DNA of 50,844 nucleotides from Candidatus Acidiferrales bacterium. Its GTDB lineage: Bacteria; Acidobacteriota; Terriglobia; Acidiferrales; UBA7541. Each line of letters begins with the position of its first letter. Within the stretch, counting starts at the first letter, position 1. The position numbers and the translations under genes were made by a program. The DNA lies in contig JASHRU010000403.1 in NCBI GenBank assembly GCA_030037225.1, positions 1 to 50,844 of the forward strand, in the 5' to 3' direction. The notes beneath the pieces were generated by a model. That model was not told where the DNA came from. It did not search any database and saw only the letters and a program-made list of their open reading frames with translations. Positions 1 through 9,431 of this stretch are shown in pieces.

Positions 1-213
1 CATTACCACCGCAAAGTGGCTGGAACGCGCTGGGAGAAATACTGGTATGCAGTCGGCACCACCGCCTTTCTCCGGGGCTTCCATCTGCTGAACCGCCTAG
101 ACCCCGACGAAAAGCTGGTGCTCAACCTGTTTGTGACCGCGCGGAAGGCGCCGATGGCCGTCCCCCAGTGTGCGGCTCAAGAACAACACGTTCAGGAGGC
201 GGTGCGTTCGTGA
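1..213 (+). CDS. 3' end of a gene cut by the window edge; product not identifiable
   Basis: Frame +1 is open from base 1 to TGA at 211-213 (HYHRKVAGTRWEKYWYAVGTTAFLRGFHLL...FVTARKAP...). The ATG at 16 in the ORF track is probably internal. I cannot name a motif. Confidence 0.35.
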   Translation, partial: HYHRKVAGTRWEKYWYAVGTTAFLRGFHLLNRLDPDEKLVLNLFVTARKAPMAVPQCAAQEQHVQEAVRS

Positions 214-280
214 GTGCGGAGGCTCGACCGAGCCCCGGAGCTATGAGCCCGCCAGCGGCAGGTGGATCTCGTTTCCTCCA

Positions 281-484
281 CAGCCTCTTACGCCAGGCCG
301 CCAGCCCCGATATCCCCAGAGGATGGGCCGCGGCGATATCCGTGAACTCGGAGATCGGCACCAGCACGCGGTCCCAGATGCGCCTCTGGGAAAGAGTGGG
401 CGCGCGCGAGTGCCGGGAATCGAACTTGTAATGCAGAAGGCGGTTGGACGCGCCGGCTGATTCGGCATGGCTAGCCCATAGAAA
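281..484 (-). pseudogene. Remnant of the 3' end of a class I SAM-methyltransferase gene (paralog of 1983..2687)
   Basis: The minus-frame translation ...SNRLL...RIWDRVLVPISEFTDIAAAHPLGISGLAAWRKR aligns with the C-terminus of the 1983..2687 product (...GNRLL...RFWDRFLVPISRFTDIVLAHSLGRSVLAVWRKRR*). About 22 of the last 32 residues are identical by eye. There is no SAM-binding N-terminal part, because the frame runs into the divergent start at 485. The stop position is not conserved. Confidence 0.55.
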
Positions 485-1951
485 ATGCCGCGACTTTCGA
501 GCGAGCATCGTTTGGCGCTCCGGGTAGCTGCCGGGCTCTTTCTCATTTATCTGGCATTCCTGGCTCCCGGCATCTACTCGAGTGACGGCGCTTCCGCGCT
601 CGCGGTCTCCGAATCATTGGTCACGCAGCACAACTTCACCGTGCCCGAAAAGGTGGGAACGCTGGGGGCAGGCGGACAGTTCTATTCCAATTGGTATCCG
701 CTTCTCTCCATCCTGGCCGTTCCGTTCGTGTTCGCGGCGCTTCTGATCAGCCATGCGACCGGTCTGCCCCTTCATTATCTTGCCGGTGTGTGCGTGCTTC
801 CCATGATGGGCGCGCTCACGGCAGCCACCGCAGGCGCGGCTGTGGTGCTCGCCCGGCGATTGGGAGCAGACGAGAAAGGTGCCTGGCTGGCTGGTGTGAG
901 TTTCGGCCTGGGCACGGTGGCCCTTGCCTACGCTCGCGTGTTCTATGCTGACTCGCTCCTCGCGTTTCTGACTATTTCGGCTCTTTGCCTGACGATTGGC
1001 GGATCGCCACGGGAAGTCGCCGCCGCATCCTGTTTGGCTGGTCTGGCGGTTTTGGCCAAGCCCACGGGTGTGATGCTGGCGCCGATCTTGGCCGCCTATT
1101 TGCTCCTCAAGCGCGCCCCTCTCCGGATCTGTCTGTTGCCCCTCTTCGGTGCGGGCGTAGCCGGAGTCTTCTACATGGGCTACAACGTGATGCGGTTTGG
1201 CCATCCGCTCAATTTCGGCCGCGCCCTGGGCTTCGATCCGTCCGTCTTTCTATCGGGGTTTTCCGGTCTGCTCGTCAGTCCAGGCTGTGGACTCTTTTGG
1301 TATTGTCCGCCGGTTGTTCTGGCCCTGTTCGCTTTTCCAACGGCAGTAAGGCGAAAGAAGTGGGAAGCCCTCGCTATCGTTACTGTGTTCGCGGCCTTTC
1401 ACGTATTCCATGCTTTCTATTTGGATTGGCGGGGTGGCTGGTCCTGGGGGCCGCGGTATCTGCTTCCGGGCATCCCTGGTTTGTGCGCACTGGCGGGGCT
1501 GATGCAGGGCCGCGGCCGTAAGGCTCTCGTGTCACTGACTCTTCTCGGTTTCTTCGTGAGCGCCCCAACGTTATTTTCGTTCTATGAGCGTTACTTCGCC
1601 GAGTTGTCGCAACAAGGGATCCACGTGGGCACGGACACGGCCTGGTCCCTTCGTCATGCCCCGCTCCTTCACGTCTGGCCGGGTGCCTTTCGAGAGATTC
1701 AGGATGCGCGGGGCATGAACGCTTCCGAGCTTCTCGGGCAGAGGGAAGTTCCGCGATACTCCGTGGAAGAGTCCAGGGCCCTGCGCATCGTCGCCGTCTG
1801 GTGGTGGGTGCTTCCTGTAGTGCACGTGCAGCGATGGATTGGTTTTCTTGCCGCCCTGCTCCTGGTCATGCTCGGCTCGGTGATTCTCGCGAGGAGCCCG
1901 ATCCCGCCCTGGCGGCCGCTGCCACAGGAGCGCCCCGTTTTCGTCCCATGA
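485..1951 (+). CDS. Polytopic membrane glycosyltransferase, GT-C fold (ArnT/PMT_2-like, GT39/GT83-type)
   Basis: 488 aa with more than 10 hydrophobic segments. The first loop after TM1 carries acidic and Ser residues (GIYSSDGASALAVSESL). The overall architecture resembles lipid-carrier-dependent glycosyltransferases. ATG start. Confidence 0.65.
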   Translation: MPRLSSEHRLALRVAAGLFLIYLAFLAPGIYSSDGASALAVSESLVTQHNFTVPEKVGTLGAGGQFYSNWYPLLSILAVPFVFAALLISHATGLPLHYLAGVCVLPMMGALTAATAGAAVVLARRLGADEKGAWLAGVSFGLGTVALAYARVFYADSLLAFLTISALCLTIGGSPREVAAASCLAGLAVLAKPTGVMLAPILAAYLLLKRAPLRICLLPLFGAGVAGVFYMGYNVMRFGHPLNFGRALGFDPSVFLSGFSGLLVSPGCGLFWYCPPVVLALFAFPTAVRRKKWEALAIVTVFAAFHVFHAFYLDWRGGWSWGPRYLLPGIPGLCALAGLMQGRGRKALVSLTLLGFFVSAPTLFSFYERYFAELSQQGIHVGTDTAWSLRHAPLLHVWPGAFREIQDARGMNASELLGQREVPRYSVEESRALRIVAVWWWVLPVVHVQRWIGFLAALLLVMLGSVILARSPIPPWRPLPQERPVFVP

Positions 1952-1982
1952 CCTTCATGCCCATCCGAACCGGAAAGGATGC

Positions 1983-2687
1983 TTACCGCCTCTTGCGCCA
2001 AACGGCCAAGACCGATCGGCCAAGCGAATGGGCCAGGACAATGTCGGTGAACCGGGAGATGGGGACCAGAAATCGGTCCCAGAAGCGAATCTGGCCAAGA
2101 CGAGGAGCAGGCGACCTTAGCAAAAGCCGGTTTCCGGCTGAGCTCAGCATCCCTAGCGAATCCAAATACATGCATTTTTCTTCCTGCAAGCTTGAAGGAG
2201 CAATCCTTCTCAGTGACTCCCTTGTGTAGCGTCGATGGTGGCCGATGGCTGCGTCAAACGGTGAATAAAGCCATGGCATCGCGGGCGCCACAACCACCAA
2301 ATGGCCAGCCGAGTTCAGATGCTGCGTAGCACGAGCCAGTTCGCCCGCGTCGTCCTCAATGTGCTCCAGGACGTCCATGTAAAGGATGGCGTCGAACCGG
2401 CTTTGCGAGCCGATCGCGTTGAACGTTCCAATCACTATTTCACAATTTCGCAAGGTGGGGGAGACGATTGCCTCAATTCTTGCGGCCAGAGTGGGGTCCG
2501 GTTCGAGGCACACCCATCGCCGTGGACTGCCGTCGTTCAAGGCGAGCGTCGCGGCGCCAATCCCCGCACCAACCTCCAAAACGTCGCCGCTCAGATACGG
2601 GCGCACCTGGGAGCGCACATAGGACTTCCAGTTTGTAGCGTGGGCAAAGATCTCCAGTTCCGTGCCGACGTAGCGGGTCTCAGTCAT
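1983..2687 (-). CDS. Class I SAM-dependent methyltransferase
   Basis: Motif I is VLEVGAGIGAATLAL, the post-I acidic residue is in CLEPD, and the motif II-like stretch is FDAILYMDVLEHIED. The start overlaps the upstream GT2 stop by 8 nt (ATGACTGA). Confidence 0.85.
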   Translation of the reverse strand: MTETRYVGTELEIFAHATNWKSYVRSQVRPYLSGDVLEVGAGIGAATLALNDGSPRRWVCLEPDPTLAARIEAIVSPTLRNCEIVIGTFNAIGSQSRFDAILYMDVLEHIEDDAGELARATQHLNSAGHLVVVAPAMPWLYSPFDAAIGHHRRYTRESLRRIAPSSLQEEKCMYLDSLGMLSSAGNRLLLRSPAPRLGQIRFWDRFLVPISRFTDIVLAHSLGRSVLAVWRKRR

Positions 2688-3711
2688 GCTTCGTAAGCAC
2701 GATCCGCTCCCGGCGGATGAAGAGCGGGCAATCCCGGATCGGGACGAAGCTCGATTGCCCGCGGCTGTAGAGAACCACGAAGGTGAATATCAAAGAAAGC
2801 AAGAGACATTGGCAAAGCAACACCAGCAACAAGCCGCTCGCGGTGGTCGCCCAGCCCGGAATGGCCATATGCGTGGTGAATTTGATGAGCACCGTGGCAA
2901 TCATCAGCGCGATGGTGGCCATCGCGAATATGCCCGTCGCAGTCAGCAGGCGCACCCCCACTGTGTCGCCGAACACGGACATGGCGCTGAACCCGTGGAT
3001 CACCAGGCCCACGAAGTTCATTTTCGACTCTCCCGCCAGCCGTTTCGCGCGGTTGATGGGAATCGAGGTGAAGGGCAATTTGGTCTTGATGACGGAAGCC
3101 GCGTAGTGGTTCCACAGGTCAGAGGTCACCACGAGCGATTGCAGGAAAGCGGCGGGCACGGCGCTGAAATTGCCGATCCGGATATCGAATCCCACCAGCA
3201 GCCGGTGAATCGTTCGGTAAATCTGGTAGAAGAACTTGAAGAAAATCCCCTCGGCTCGCCGGGCTCGCGCAGCGAATACGACTTTCCGCTGTCCTTGCCT
3301 GCCAAACTCTTCCAGCAGGCGCGGAATCTCGGAGGGCTCGTCTTCCCCGTCTCCATCCATGAGCACGACCACGCCTTCAACGCCTTTCAAATGGAGATGC
3401 ACAAGGCCCACGGCCAGGGCGCGCTGGTGCCCCAGATTTTTCTTGAGCTCCAGGATGCGGACTTCATGCAACGTCTGCGGCGAAGTCTTCGGAAACTCTT
3501 GGGGAGGCGGCTCCGTGGAGCCGTCGTCCACCAACACCACTTGTCCCGTGAGACCGTGCTGGCGAAAGGTGGCATCCAGTTTGGAAACGAGAGCGTCGGC
3601 CACAGCCCAGTCATTGAAAACGGGAATCAGAACTGTCAAAGGAAGTGGATCGGAAGGGCTCGCACCAGTTTTGGCGTCGTCGGTCGGATGCACGAATGCA
3701 CCGTGGCCCAA
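2680..3711 (-). CDS. GT2 polyprenyl-phosphate glycosyltransferase (GtrB/ArnC/DPM1-like)
   Basis: N-terminal GT-A domain (LTVLIPVFND, VVLVDDGSTE, DxD-like LMDGDGED) plus two C-terminal TM helices (VRLLTATGIFAMATIALMIATVLI and LLLVLLCQCLLLSLIFTFVVLY). This is the GtrB/ArnC architecture. Confidence 0.85.
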   Translation of the reverse strand: MGHGAFVHPTDDAKTGASPSDPLPLTVLIPVFNDWAVADALVSKLDATFRQHGLTGQVVLVDDGSTEPPPQEFPKTSPQTLHEVRILELKKNLGHQRALAVGLVHLHLKGVEGVVVLMDGDGEDEPSEIPRLLEEFGRQGQRKVVFAARARRAEGIFFKFFYQIYRTIHRLLVGFDIRIGNFSAVPAAFLQSLVVTSDLWNHYAASVIKTKLPFTSIPINRAKRLAGESKMNFVGLVIHGFSAMSVFGDTVGVRLLTATGIFAMATIALMIATVLIKFTTHMAIPGWATTASGLLLVLLCQCLLLSLIFTFVVLYSRGQSSFVPIRDCPLFIRRERIVLTKHD

Positions 3712-3803
3712 AATCCAACGGCAACGGTGGCTATCTTAGCATGGGAGATGCACCGCCAGTTCGGGGCACCCCAGCGTACCAGAACAGCGGTTACTGAACT
3801 CTG

Positions 3804-5510
3804 ATGAGTGCCCGCGAACTAGCCGGACCCGCCTTTCAGCCAGCAGTGGAACGGGACCGCGTATCGGCTCGGCACTGGACGGCGCTGGGAGCCCTGATTG
3901 CCTCTGGCGTGGCGGCCGTGGCCTTGCTGATCTGGGCGTATCGAGGGTTCATTGCTACGCCGTGGTTGCCGCTCTACGACGAGTCGGGCTACTTCAGAGG
4001 CGCCGTGCAGATTTGGCACGCCCTGCGCACAGGCGGTCTGCATGCCCTCGCGCGGGAAACTTGGAATTACCACTTGATTCTCGGCGGGCCGTTCCTCTCG
4101 CCTTATTGTCTCGCCTTGGGATTTATCTTTGGGAGCACCACTCTGGAGGCCGCGCGCTGCGCCAGCTTGCTTGCTGGTTTCTTTTCCTGGGTGGGCATCG
4201 TGTGGTTGGCCGCCGAACTGGTGGACGAAGGAAAGGCATATGCGGCGGCGATCGCGGGGGTCCTCTGGGGAACTTCGCCCATGTTCCTCTTTTACGCCTC
4301 GAGGAGTCTTTACGACAGCTTTGCCCTGGTGACGACCGCCTTTTGTCTCATCGCCGCAGCCCGATTCGCCCGCAGCGGCGGACGCTGGGCAGCGGTGGCC
4401 ACTGGGTTTCTGGTTTGTTTGTCGTACGAAATCAAGTGCAACGTCGGCATGCTCCTGTTAGCGGCCTTGTTTCTCGGTATGGCCTATCCGGAGATCCGCG
4501 CGCGCCTTGCAAAAGACACACGTGGATTTCTGGCGCCCCTTACGCGACCGTGGTTCCTGCTGGCGGCCAGCACACTGCTGCCCTTAATTGCCTTCTTGTC
4601 GGTGGACGGTGTGCGGGCACTCCTGCGCTACCTTCACGGCTATCCCTTCGACCCATTGGGCCCGGGGGACTACCTTCTGTATTATCCGCGCTCGCTATTC
4701 CAGGAATACGTCTCCACTCCGTGTCTCGCAGTGGTTCTCCTTTTTGGCGTTCTGTACTGGGCTTGGAAAGGATGGGGCAAGCCCGTGGCGCGCGTCGCGT
4801 TGCTCTATGTCGTCCTTCAATCCATCAGTGCCACACTGCACCCTCAAAAAGATGGCCGTTTCATTTGGGGTGCTGTAGCTGTAGCAGCCTCTCTCGCTGG
4901 CGCGTGTCTCGCTCAGGAACTCTCCCGGCTCGCGTTGCGTCCGCGCTTCGCGGCCTCGGCCGTTCTCGTTGCCGCGCTCGCCTATTCCATTTGGGCCGCC
5001 CCGGCATCAGCGGAGCAGTTCTTCTTGCAGGTTCAGGTGGCCCCAACCCCCGCGCAACAGGCGACCCTTCTTCAGGGATTGAATTTCGTCCGCGACAATA
5101 CCGCCCGCCAGGAGACCCTTCTGGTGGCTGGCTTTGCCGATGAGGGAATCAACTTGCCGATGCTCCAGCAATTCCTCATGAATCCCGTTTCCGGCCAACT
5201 GCAAGAGATGCCGGCGCTCCCCTATGCGGAGCTCCCCGCGAACTGGGGGATCTCGGCACAGCCCTCGCCGTTCTACGCCGAGCAATTGGAAAAAGCCTTC
5301 TTACAAAATCCGGACGCAAGCCTGGTGATCTTCGATCACGAGGCCGGCTCGCCGTTTCGCGGACGTCTGTATCCCTGGGTTTTTGCCTGGCAGGAGAACT
5401 ACGGCACTGCTGCGCGAAATATGAAGAGCTTGGCAGTCACCGCCCAGCTGGATTCACCTACGGGCTTGCGCGTCACAATTTACCGCCGCAGGACGATCAG
5501 CGCCCGATGA
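3804..5510 (+). CDS. Polytopic membrane glycosyltransferase, GT-C fold (ArnT/PMT_2-like) with C-terminal soluble domain
   Basis: 568 aa. TM1 is followed by a loop with a DE motif (WLPLYDESGYFRGA). There are about 11 further TM segments and then a ~170 aa hydrophilic C-terminal domain. This is the first gene of the long plus-strand operon. Confidence 0.7.
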   Translation: MSARELAGPAFQPAVERDRVSARHWTALGALIASGVAAVALLIWAYRGFIATPWLPLYDESGYFRGAVQIWHALRTGGLHALARETWNYHLILGGPFLSPYCLALGFIFGSTTLEAARCASLLAGFFSWVGIVWLAAELVDEGKAYAAAIAGVLWGTSPMFLFYASRSLYDSFALVTTAFCLIAAARFARSGGRWAAVATGFLVCLSYEIKCNVGMLLLAALFLGMAYPEIRARLAKDTRGFLAPLTRPWFLLAASTLLPLIAFLSVDGVRALLRYLHGYPFDPLGPGDYLLYYPRSLFQEYVSTPCLAVVLLFGVLYWAWKGWGKPVARVALLYVVLQSISATLHPQKDGRFIWGAVAVAASLAGACLAQELSRLALRPRFAASAVLVAALAYSIWAAPASAEQFFLQVQVAPTPAQQATLLQGLNFVRDNTARQETLLVAGFADEGINLPMLQQFLMNPVSGQLQEMPALPYAELPANWGISAQPSPFYAEQLEKAFLQNPDASLVIFDHEAGSPFRGRLYPWVFAWQENYGTAARNMKSLAVTAQLDSPTGLRVTIYRRRTISAR

Positions 5511-6451
5511 GTCTGGTTGAACTTCCGTCCCCTCCCCAAACTCCTATGGAAACGGAGAAGCAGGATCTACGTCGCTACTGGGACGCTCATCCCATTTCCA
5601 CCGACAGCGTGCCGTACGAAGTCGGCTCGCGGGAATCCTTCGAAGCCATCTACGAAAAGTGGAAGCAAACCATCGATCAGATGCGCCTCGACTTCCTCGA
5701 ATCCTGCCGCGGACGCAAAGTGCTCGAAGTCGGCTGCGGCATCGGCAAGGACGCGCGCTATCTCGCGGAAAATGGGATCGACTACACCGGCCTCGATTAC
5801 AGTTTCCGCGCGCTGGGTCTCGCGCAGAAGCATTTCGGCTTCGCGGGCCTGCGCAAGCGCTTCGTGAACGCAGACGCAGTCGCGCTTCCCTTTGCCGACG
5901 ATACCTTCGGCCTCGCTATGTCCATTGGGGTCATCCATCACATCGTGGGCACGCCTAAAGCCTGCCGCGAGTTGGTGCGCGTAACTGCCCCCGGCGGAAC
6001 CGTGCGGGTGATGTTCTACAACCGCGAGTCGTACCACTACCTGCTGGTGAATTGGATCGTTCGCCCGCTCATCTGGATGATGTTGCATGTGCGCCCGCTC
6101 GAAATCTTTCTCCGCTGGGCGCCGGAAAAGTATCGCCACCTTTTTGCCATTTCCAAACAGCACGGACTCTCCCGTGAGCAGCTGCTGGCTACCAGCGCGG
6201 ACACGAGCTTCGCCGGGCAGGACAACTTCATCCCGCGCTCGGGTTTCTGGACCGAGCGGGAAATGCGGGAGTTGTTCTCCGGAATGGAGGATTTTTGTTT
6301 CGTTCGCCGCGACCTGAAATACTTCCCGTTCCCGTTTCTGAGCGGCTGGGTGGAACCTCGCTGGGGATTTTTCCTGACCATGACGGCAAGGAAGCCCGTC
6401 CCGGCGTTGGCAAGAACCAGGGCGGCCGCAGCAGCCACAGCTTCTGACTGA
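5507..6451 (+). CDS. Class I SAM-dependent methyltransferase (Methyltransf_11-like)
   Basis: Motifs VLEVGCGIGKDARYL, GLDYS and ADAVALPFADDTFGLAMSIGVIHH. ATGA overlap with the upstream stop (5507-5510). Confidence 0.85.
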   Translation: MSLVELPSPPQTPMETEKQDLRRYWDAHPISTDSVPYEVGSRESFEAIYEKWKQTIDQMRLDFLESCRGRKVLEVGCGIGKDARYLAENGIDYTGLDYSFRALGLAQKHFGFAGLRKRFVNADAVALPFADDTFGLAMSIGVIHHIVGTPKACRELVRVTAPGGTVRVMFYNRESYHYLLVNWIVRPLIWMMLHVRPLEIFLRWAPEKYRHLFAISKQHGLSREQLLATSADTSFAGQDNFIPRSGFWTEREMRELFSGMEDFCFVRRDLKYFPFPFLSGWVEPRWGFFLTMTARKPVPALARTRAAAAATASD

Positions 6452-6455
6452 GCGT

Positions 6456-8186
6456 ATGCGCTGGACACTCAGGAATCCTCTTCCGCCTGAAAAGCCCGAT
6501 GCGCATGGTGTGGCTGCGTTGTCTGCCGCCACCGTGACGACAGCCCTGGAAAGGGTCGATACGCATGCGCCCGCAGCAGGAGGGAGCCTTCTGACGACGG
6601 TCCTCTCCGACTGGATTCCGTCTGCGCTCCGATGGGCAGTCGTCGGCGCGGCCATTCTATACATCAGCGTCTATCTCTTTGTGGCTTACCGGCGCATGGT
6701 TTATCCCTTCGACCTTGAACGGCTGGAAGGGAGTGCGGTGGAGCAAGTGGACCGCGTGCTGCGCGGAGAGCCCCTATTCGTTGCGCCCAGCCTCAATTAT
6801 GTGCCCATGGTTTACACGCCGGTCTATTTCTACGTGTCCGCTCTGCCAGCAAAACTGATGGGCCTCGGCTTCGCGCCCCTCCGGCTTGTGTCCATTCTGG
6901 CTTCACTGGGCTGCTTTGCGCTCCTATATATGTTCGTCCACAGGGAAACCTCCAGCCATTATTGTTCGCTGGTCAGCGTGGGCTTGTTCGCGGCCACATT
7001 CCGAGAAACGGGCGATTGGCTCGAATTAGCGCGAACGGATTCGCTTTATCTGTTCCTGCTTGTGCTGGGCGCGTATCTGCTGCGCTGGAAGCGCGGATCA
7101 AAGTGGCTGGTGCTCGCGGGCGGATGCGCTGCCCTTGCCTTCCTCACCAAGCAGACCGCTTTGCTCGTCATCCTTCCGCTGGTGATTTACGCTGCATCTC
7201 TTGGATTTCGTCTCTTCGTCGCATTCGCTGGCGCGGCGGGCGTACTGGGCGCCGGTGGAATCGCGCTGTTGCACCTCCGCAGCGGGGGTTGGTCCACATT
7301 CTATTTGTTTTCATTGACCTCCTCGTTTCTCACCTTGAAGGGCCACATCGTGCTCTTCTGGATCAACGACATCTTTCGTGTCCTTCCTATCGCCGTCGCG
7401 TTCTGTGTGCTCTTTTTCCTGGACGCCGCGGACGAGAAAGATCGTCGCGCTGTGTGGTTTTACACTTGTTTCGGGGCGGGTATGCTGGCTGCCTCCTGGC
7501 TTTACTCTCTCAACTGGGGCGCATATCTGAACGGGCGCCTTCCCGTTTATTTTTTCCTCTGCCTGGCTACGGGTCTAGGCACCCACCGGGTTCTGGACCT
7601 TCTCGCAACGCGCGCTGGCGATCGGGCCCGCATCGGCCAAAGCGTGCTGTTCGCCGCGCTATTGATTCAGTCTTGTGCGTTGGTTTACGACCCCCGGCTG
7701 GTCATTCCCGGGAGCAGGGATGTCGAACTTGGCAGGCAGGTCTTGGCCAGAATTACTCAGATCCCGGGTCCGGTGTACGTGCCCAACCACACCTACCTTT
7801 CAGCCCTGGCCGGAAAGCAAAGCTTCGCGCACATACTGAACCTCTGCACTTTGCTCGTTTCGGGAAACCCTCACACGGTCGCGCCTTTAGGTGAACAACT
7901 CCGCGATGCGTTCCGCAACAAGCGCTTCAGCGCCGTGGTTCAGGATGCCGTTTGGACCGGAGACGTAGTGGCCGAAGTGTATCGGTCGGACTTTCTCGAG
8001 AATTATCAGCCCGACCAGGAAATCGTGTACCCCGAAAGCGATTCCCGTCGCCTGGCCACAGGTCTCCCAGCGCCCCAGCGAGTCGCCTTCATCATTTACG
8101 TGCCCAAGGCCACTAATAACGCCTCACAAATCGCCCTGCCTCCCGATCGAAGTCAGAGTTCCGGCCAGCTCAAGGCGCCCCAATAG
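6456..8186 (+). CDS. Polytopic membrane glycosyltransferase, GT-C fold (ArnT/PMT_2-like)
   Basis: 576 aa. The acidic first loop is YPFDLERLEGSAVEQVD, followed by more than 10 TM segments and a hydrophilic C-terminal ~150 aa. The start lies 4 nt after the previous stop. Confidence 0.65.
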   Translation: MRWTLRNPLPPEKPDAHGVAALSAATVTTALERVDTHAPAAGGSLLTTVLSDWIPSALRWAVVGAAILYISVYLFVAYRRMVYPFDLERLEGSAVEQVDRVLRGEPLFVAPSLNYVPMVYTPVYFYVSALPAKLMGLGFAPLRLVSILASLGCFALLYMFVHRETSSHYCSLVSVGLFAATFRETGDWLELARTDSLYLFLLVLGAYLLRWKRGSKWLVLAGGCAALAFLTKQTALLVILPLVIYAASLGFRLFVAFAGAAGVLGAGGIALLHLRSGGWSTFYLFSLTSSFLTLKGHIVLFWINDIFRVLPIAVAFCVLFFLDAADEKDRRAVWFYTCFGAGMLAASWLYSLNWGAYLNGRLPVYFFLCLATGLGTHRVLDLLATRAGDRARIGQSVLFAALLIQSCALVYDPRLVIPGSRDVELGRQVLARITQIPGPVYVPNHTYLSALAGKQSFAHILNLCTLLVSGNPHTVAPLGEQLRDAFRNKRFSAVVQDAVWTGDVVAEVYRSDFLENYQPDQEIVYPESDSRRLATGLPAPQRVAFIIYVPKATNNASQIALPPDRSQSSGQLKAPQ

Positions 8187-8189
8187 CCG

Positions 8190-9431
8190 ATGCGCGTGTT
8201 GCTCATCACAAAGAGCTTTCCGCCGGTCTCCTGCGGGGTGGGGGATTATGCCAGCCGCCTCGCTGAGGAGCTGACCGCAGCCGGCAACGGCGTGACCGTG
8301 CTCACCGCACCCGCCGATGCGCCGCGCCATTTTTCATCCAGCCTCCGCGAGCAACCTCTTCGCGGCTGGCGTGACCTGCGGCCGGCGATCGAGGCCATTG
8401 TCGCATCTGCACCCGACCACGTGCAGCTCGAATACTCGGGATACGCCTGGGGACGCTGGGGCTTCGCTTGGTGGCTCAATGCCCTCTTGTTCTGTCTCAG
8501 GCTCCGGAGAATTTCCGTGCATGTGGGCCTGCACGAACTGGCCATTAGCATGCGCCAACATCCGCTTCAAACGCCCGTGGCGCTCGCCCAATGGTTTCAC
8601 ATCGCGCTTACTCTCGGCGCTGTGAATTCGGCGGCCGTAAACATGCGCTCGCGTGTCTCGTCTCTGGAGCGCTTCTTCCCCTGGTGGCGCGAAAAGATCC
8701 GCTACCGGCCGAATTCGAGCAATATCCCCGTAATTCGATACTCCGAAGCCGAACGCGCAGACTACCGGCGCGAGCGCGGTGTTTCTACCGGCGAACTCGT
8801 CGTGGCCACGTTCGGCCTGTTTCATCCCGCCAAGAACTATGAAGCGCTGATAGAGGCGGTCTCGCTCGTTCGCGGCTCGCGGACCGTGCGCTTGTGGATG
8901 CTGGGAAATTTCGCTGTGGCTTCGCCGGAATACATCGCGCGCCTGAAAAACACGGAGCATGCGGCGGGCATTCAAGATGCCGTATGGTGGTCGGGCAGGC
9001 TTGAAGCAGCAGACATTTCCCGCGCGCTTCAGTCTGCCGACGTGTTCGTGCTCCCACAGCCCGACGGCCACCTCACGCGCAGTGGAGCCTTCATGGCCGC
9101 CGCGGCACATGGGCTGCCCGTTGTGGCCGTCCGCCAGCCCGGAGGCCGCGACCAGGCCGAATTCACCCACGCGGAGCATTTGTGGCTCGCGAAGCAGAGC
9201 ACAGGGGAAGAATTCGCGGCCGCCATTCGCCAGTTGGCCGGCGATCCCGCCGGGGCGGAGCGCATGGGCCGCAACCTTCAGGAACTCTACGCTGCGCGGT
9301 TTGATTGGCCGATTGCGGCCGCGGCTTTCCGCAGGGCCGATGCCGTTCCGCCGGAATCCGCCTCGGACGAATCATCCGTTGAACGCGGGCCCGTGGCGGC
9401 CGTAACGCACCCCGGAGGAACCAGGACGTGA
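8190..9431 (+). CDS. Glycosyltransferase family 4 (GT-B)
   Basis: N-terminus MRVLLITKSFPPVSCGVGDYASRLAEEL and a C-terminal nucleotide-sugar binding region (...VFVLPQPDGHLTRSGAFMAAAAHGLPVVAV). The start lies 3 nt after the previous stop. Confidence 0.85.
   Translation: MRVLLITKSFPPVSCGVGDYASRLAEELTAAGNGVTVLTAPADAPRHFSSSLREQPLRGWRDLRPAIEAIVASAPDHVQLEYSGYAWGRWGFAWWLNALLFCLRLRRISVHVGLHELAISMRQHPLQTPVALAQWFHIALTLGAVNSAAVNMRSRVSSLERFFPWWREKIRYRPNSSNIPVIRYSEAERADYRRERGVSTGELVVATFGLFHPAKNYEALIEAVSLVRGSRTVRLWMLGNFAVASPEYIARLKNTEHAAGIQDAVWWSGRLEAADISRALQSADVFVLPQPDGHLTRSGAFMAAAAHGLPVVAVRQPGGRDQAEFTHAEHLWLAKQSTGEEFAAAIRQLAGDPAGAERMGRNLQELYAARFDWPIAAAAFRRADAVPPESASDESSVERGPVAAVTHPGGTRT

Noticed and set aside
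122-508. The 128-aa minus ORF as a stand-alone gene.
   Set aside because: Only its middle part resembles a methyltransferase C-terminus. It lacks the SAM-binding domain, overlaps the divergent start at 485, and reads through the position of the homolog's stop. I treat it as a gene remnant.
2686-3804. Long ORFs antisense to, or out of frame with, recognised genes. Examples: 2686..3804 (+), 5567..6664 (-), 8334..9179 (-), 9842..10705 (-), 13052..13807 (-), 23636..24700 (-), 26856..27929 (-), 33584..34843 (-), 41880..43085 (-), 44176..45330 (-), 46967..47920 (-) and 47950..49440 (-).
   Set aside because: Their products are Arg/Gly/Ala/Pro-rich with no motifs. Each lies opposite a gene with clear family signatures. 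High GC content suppresses stop codons in non-coding frames, so these are shadow ORFs.
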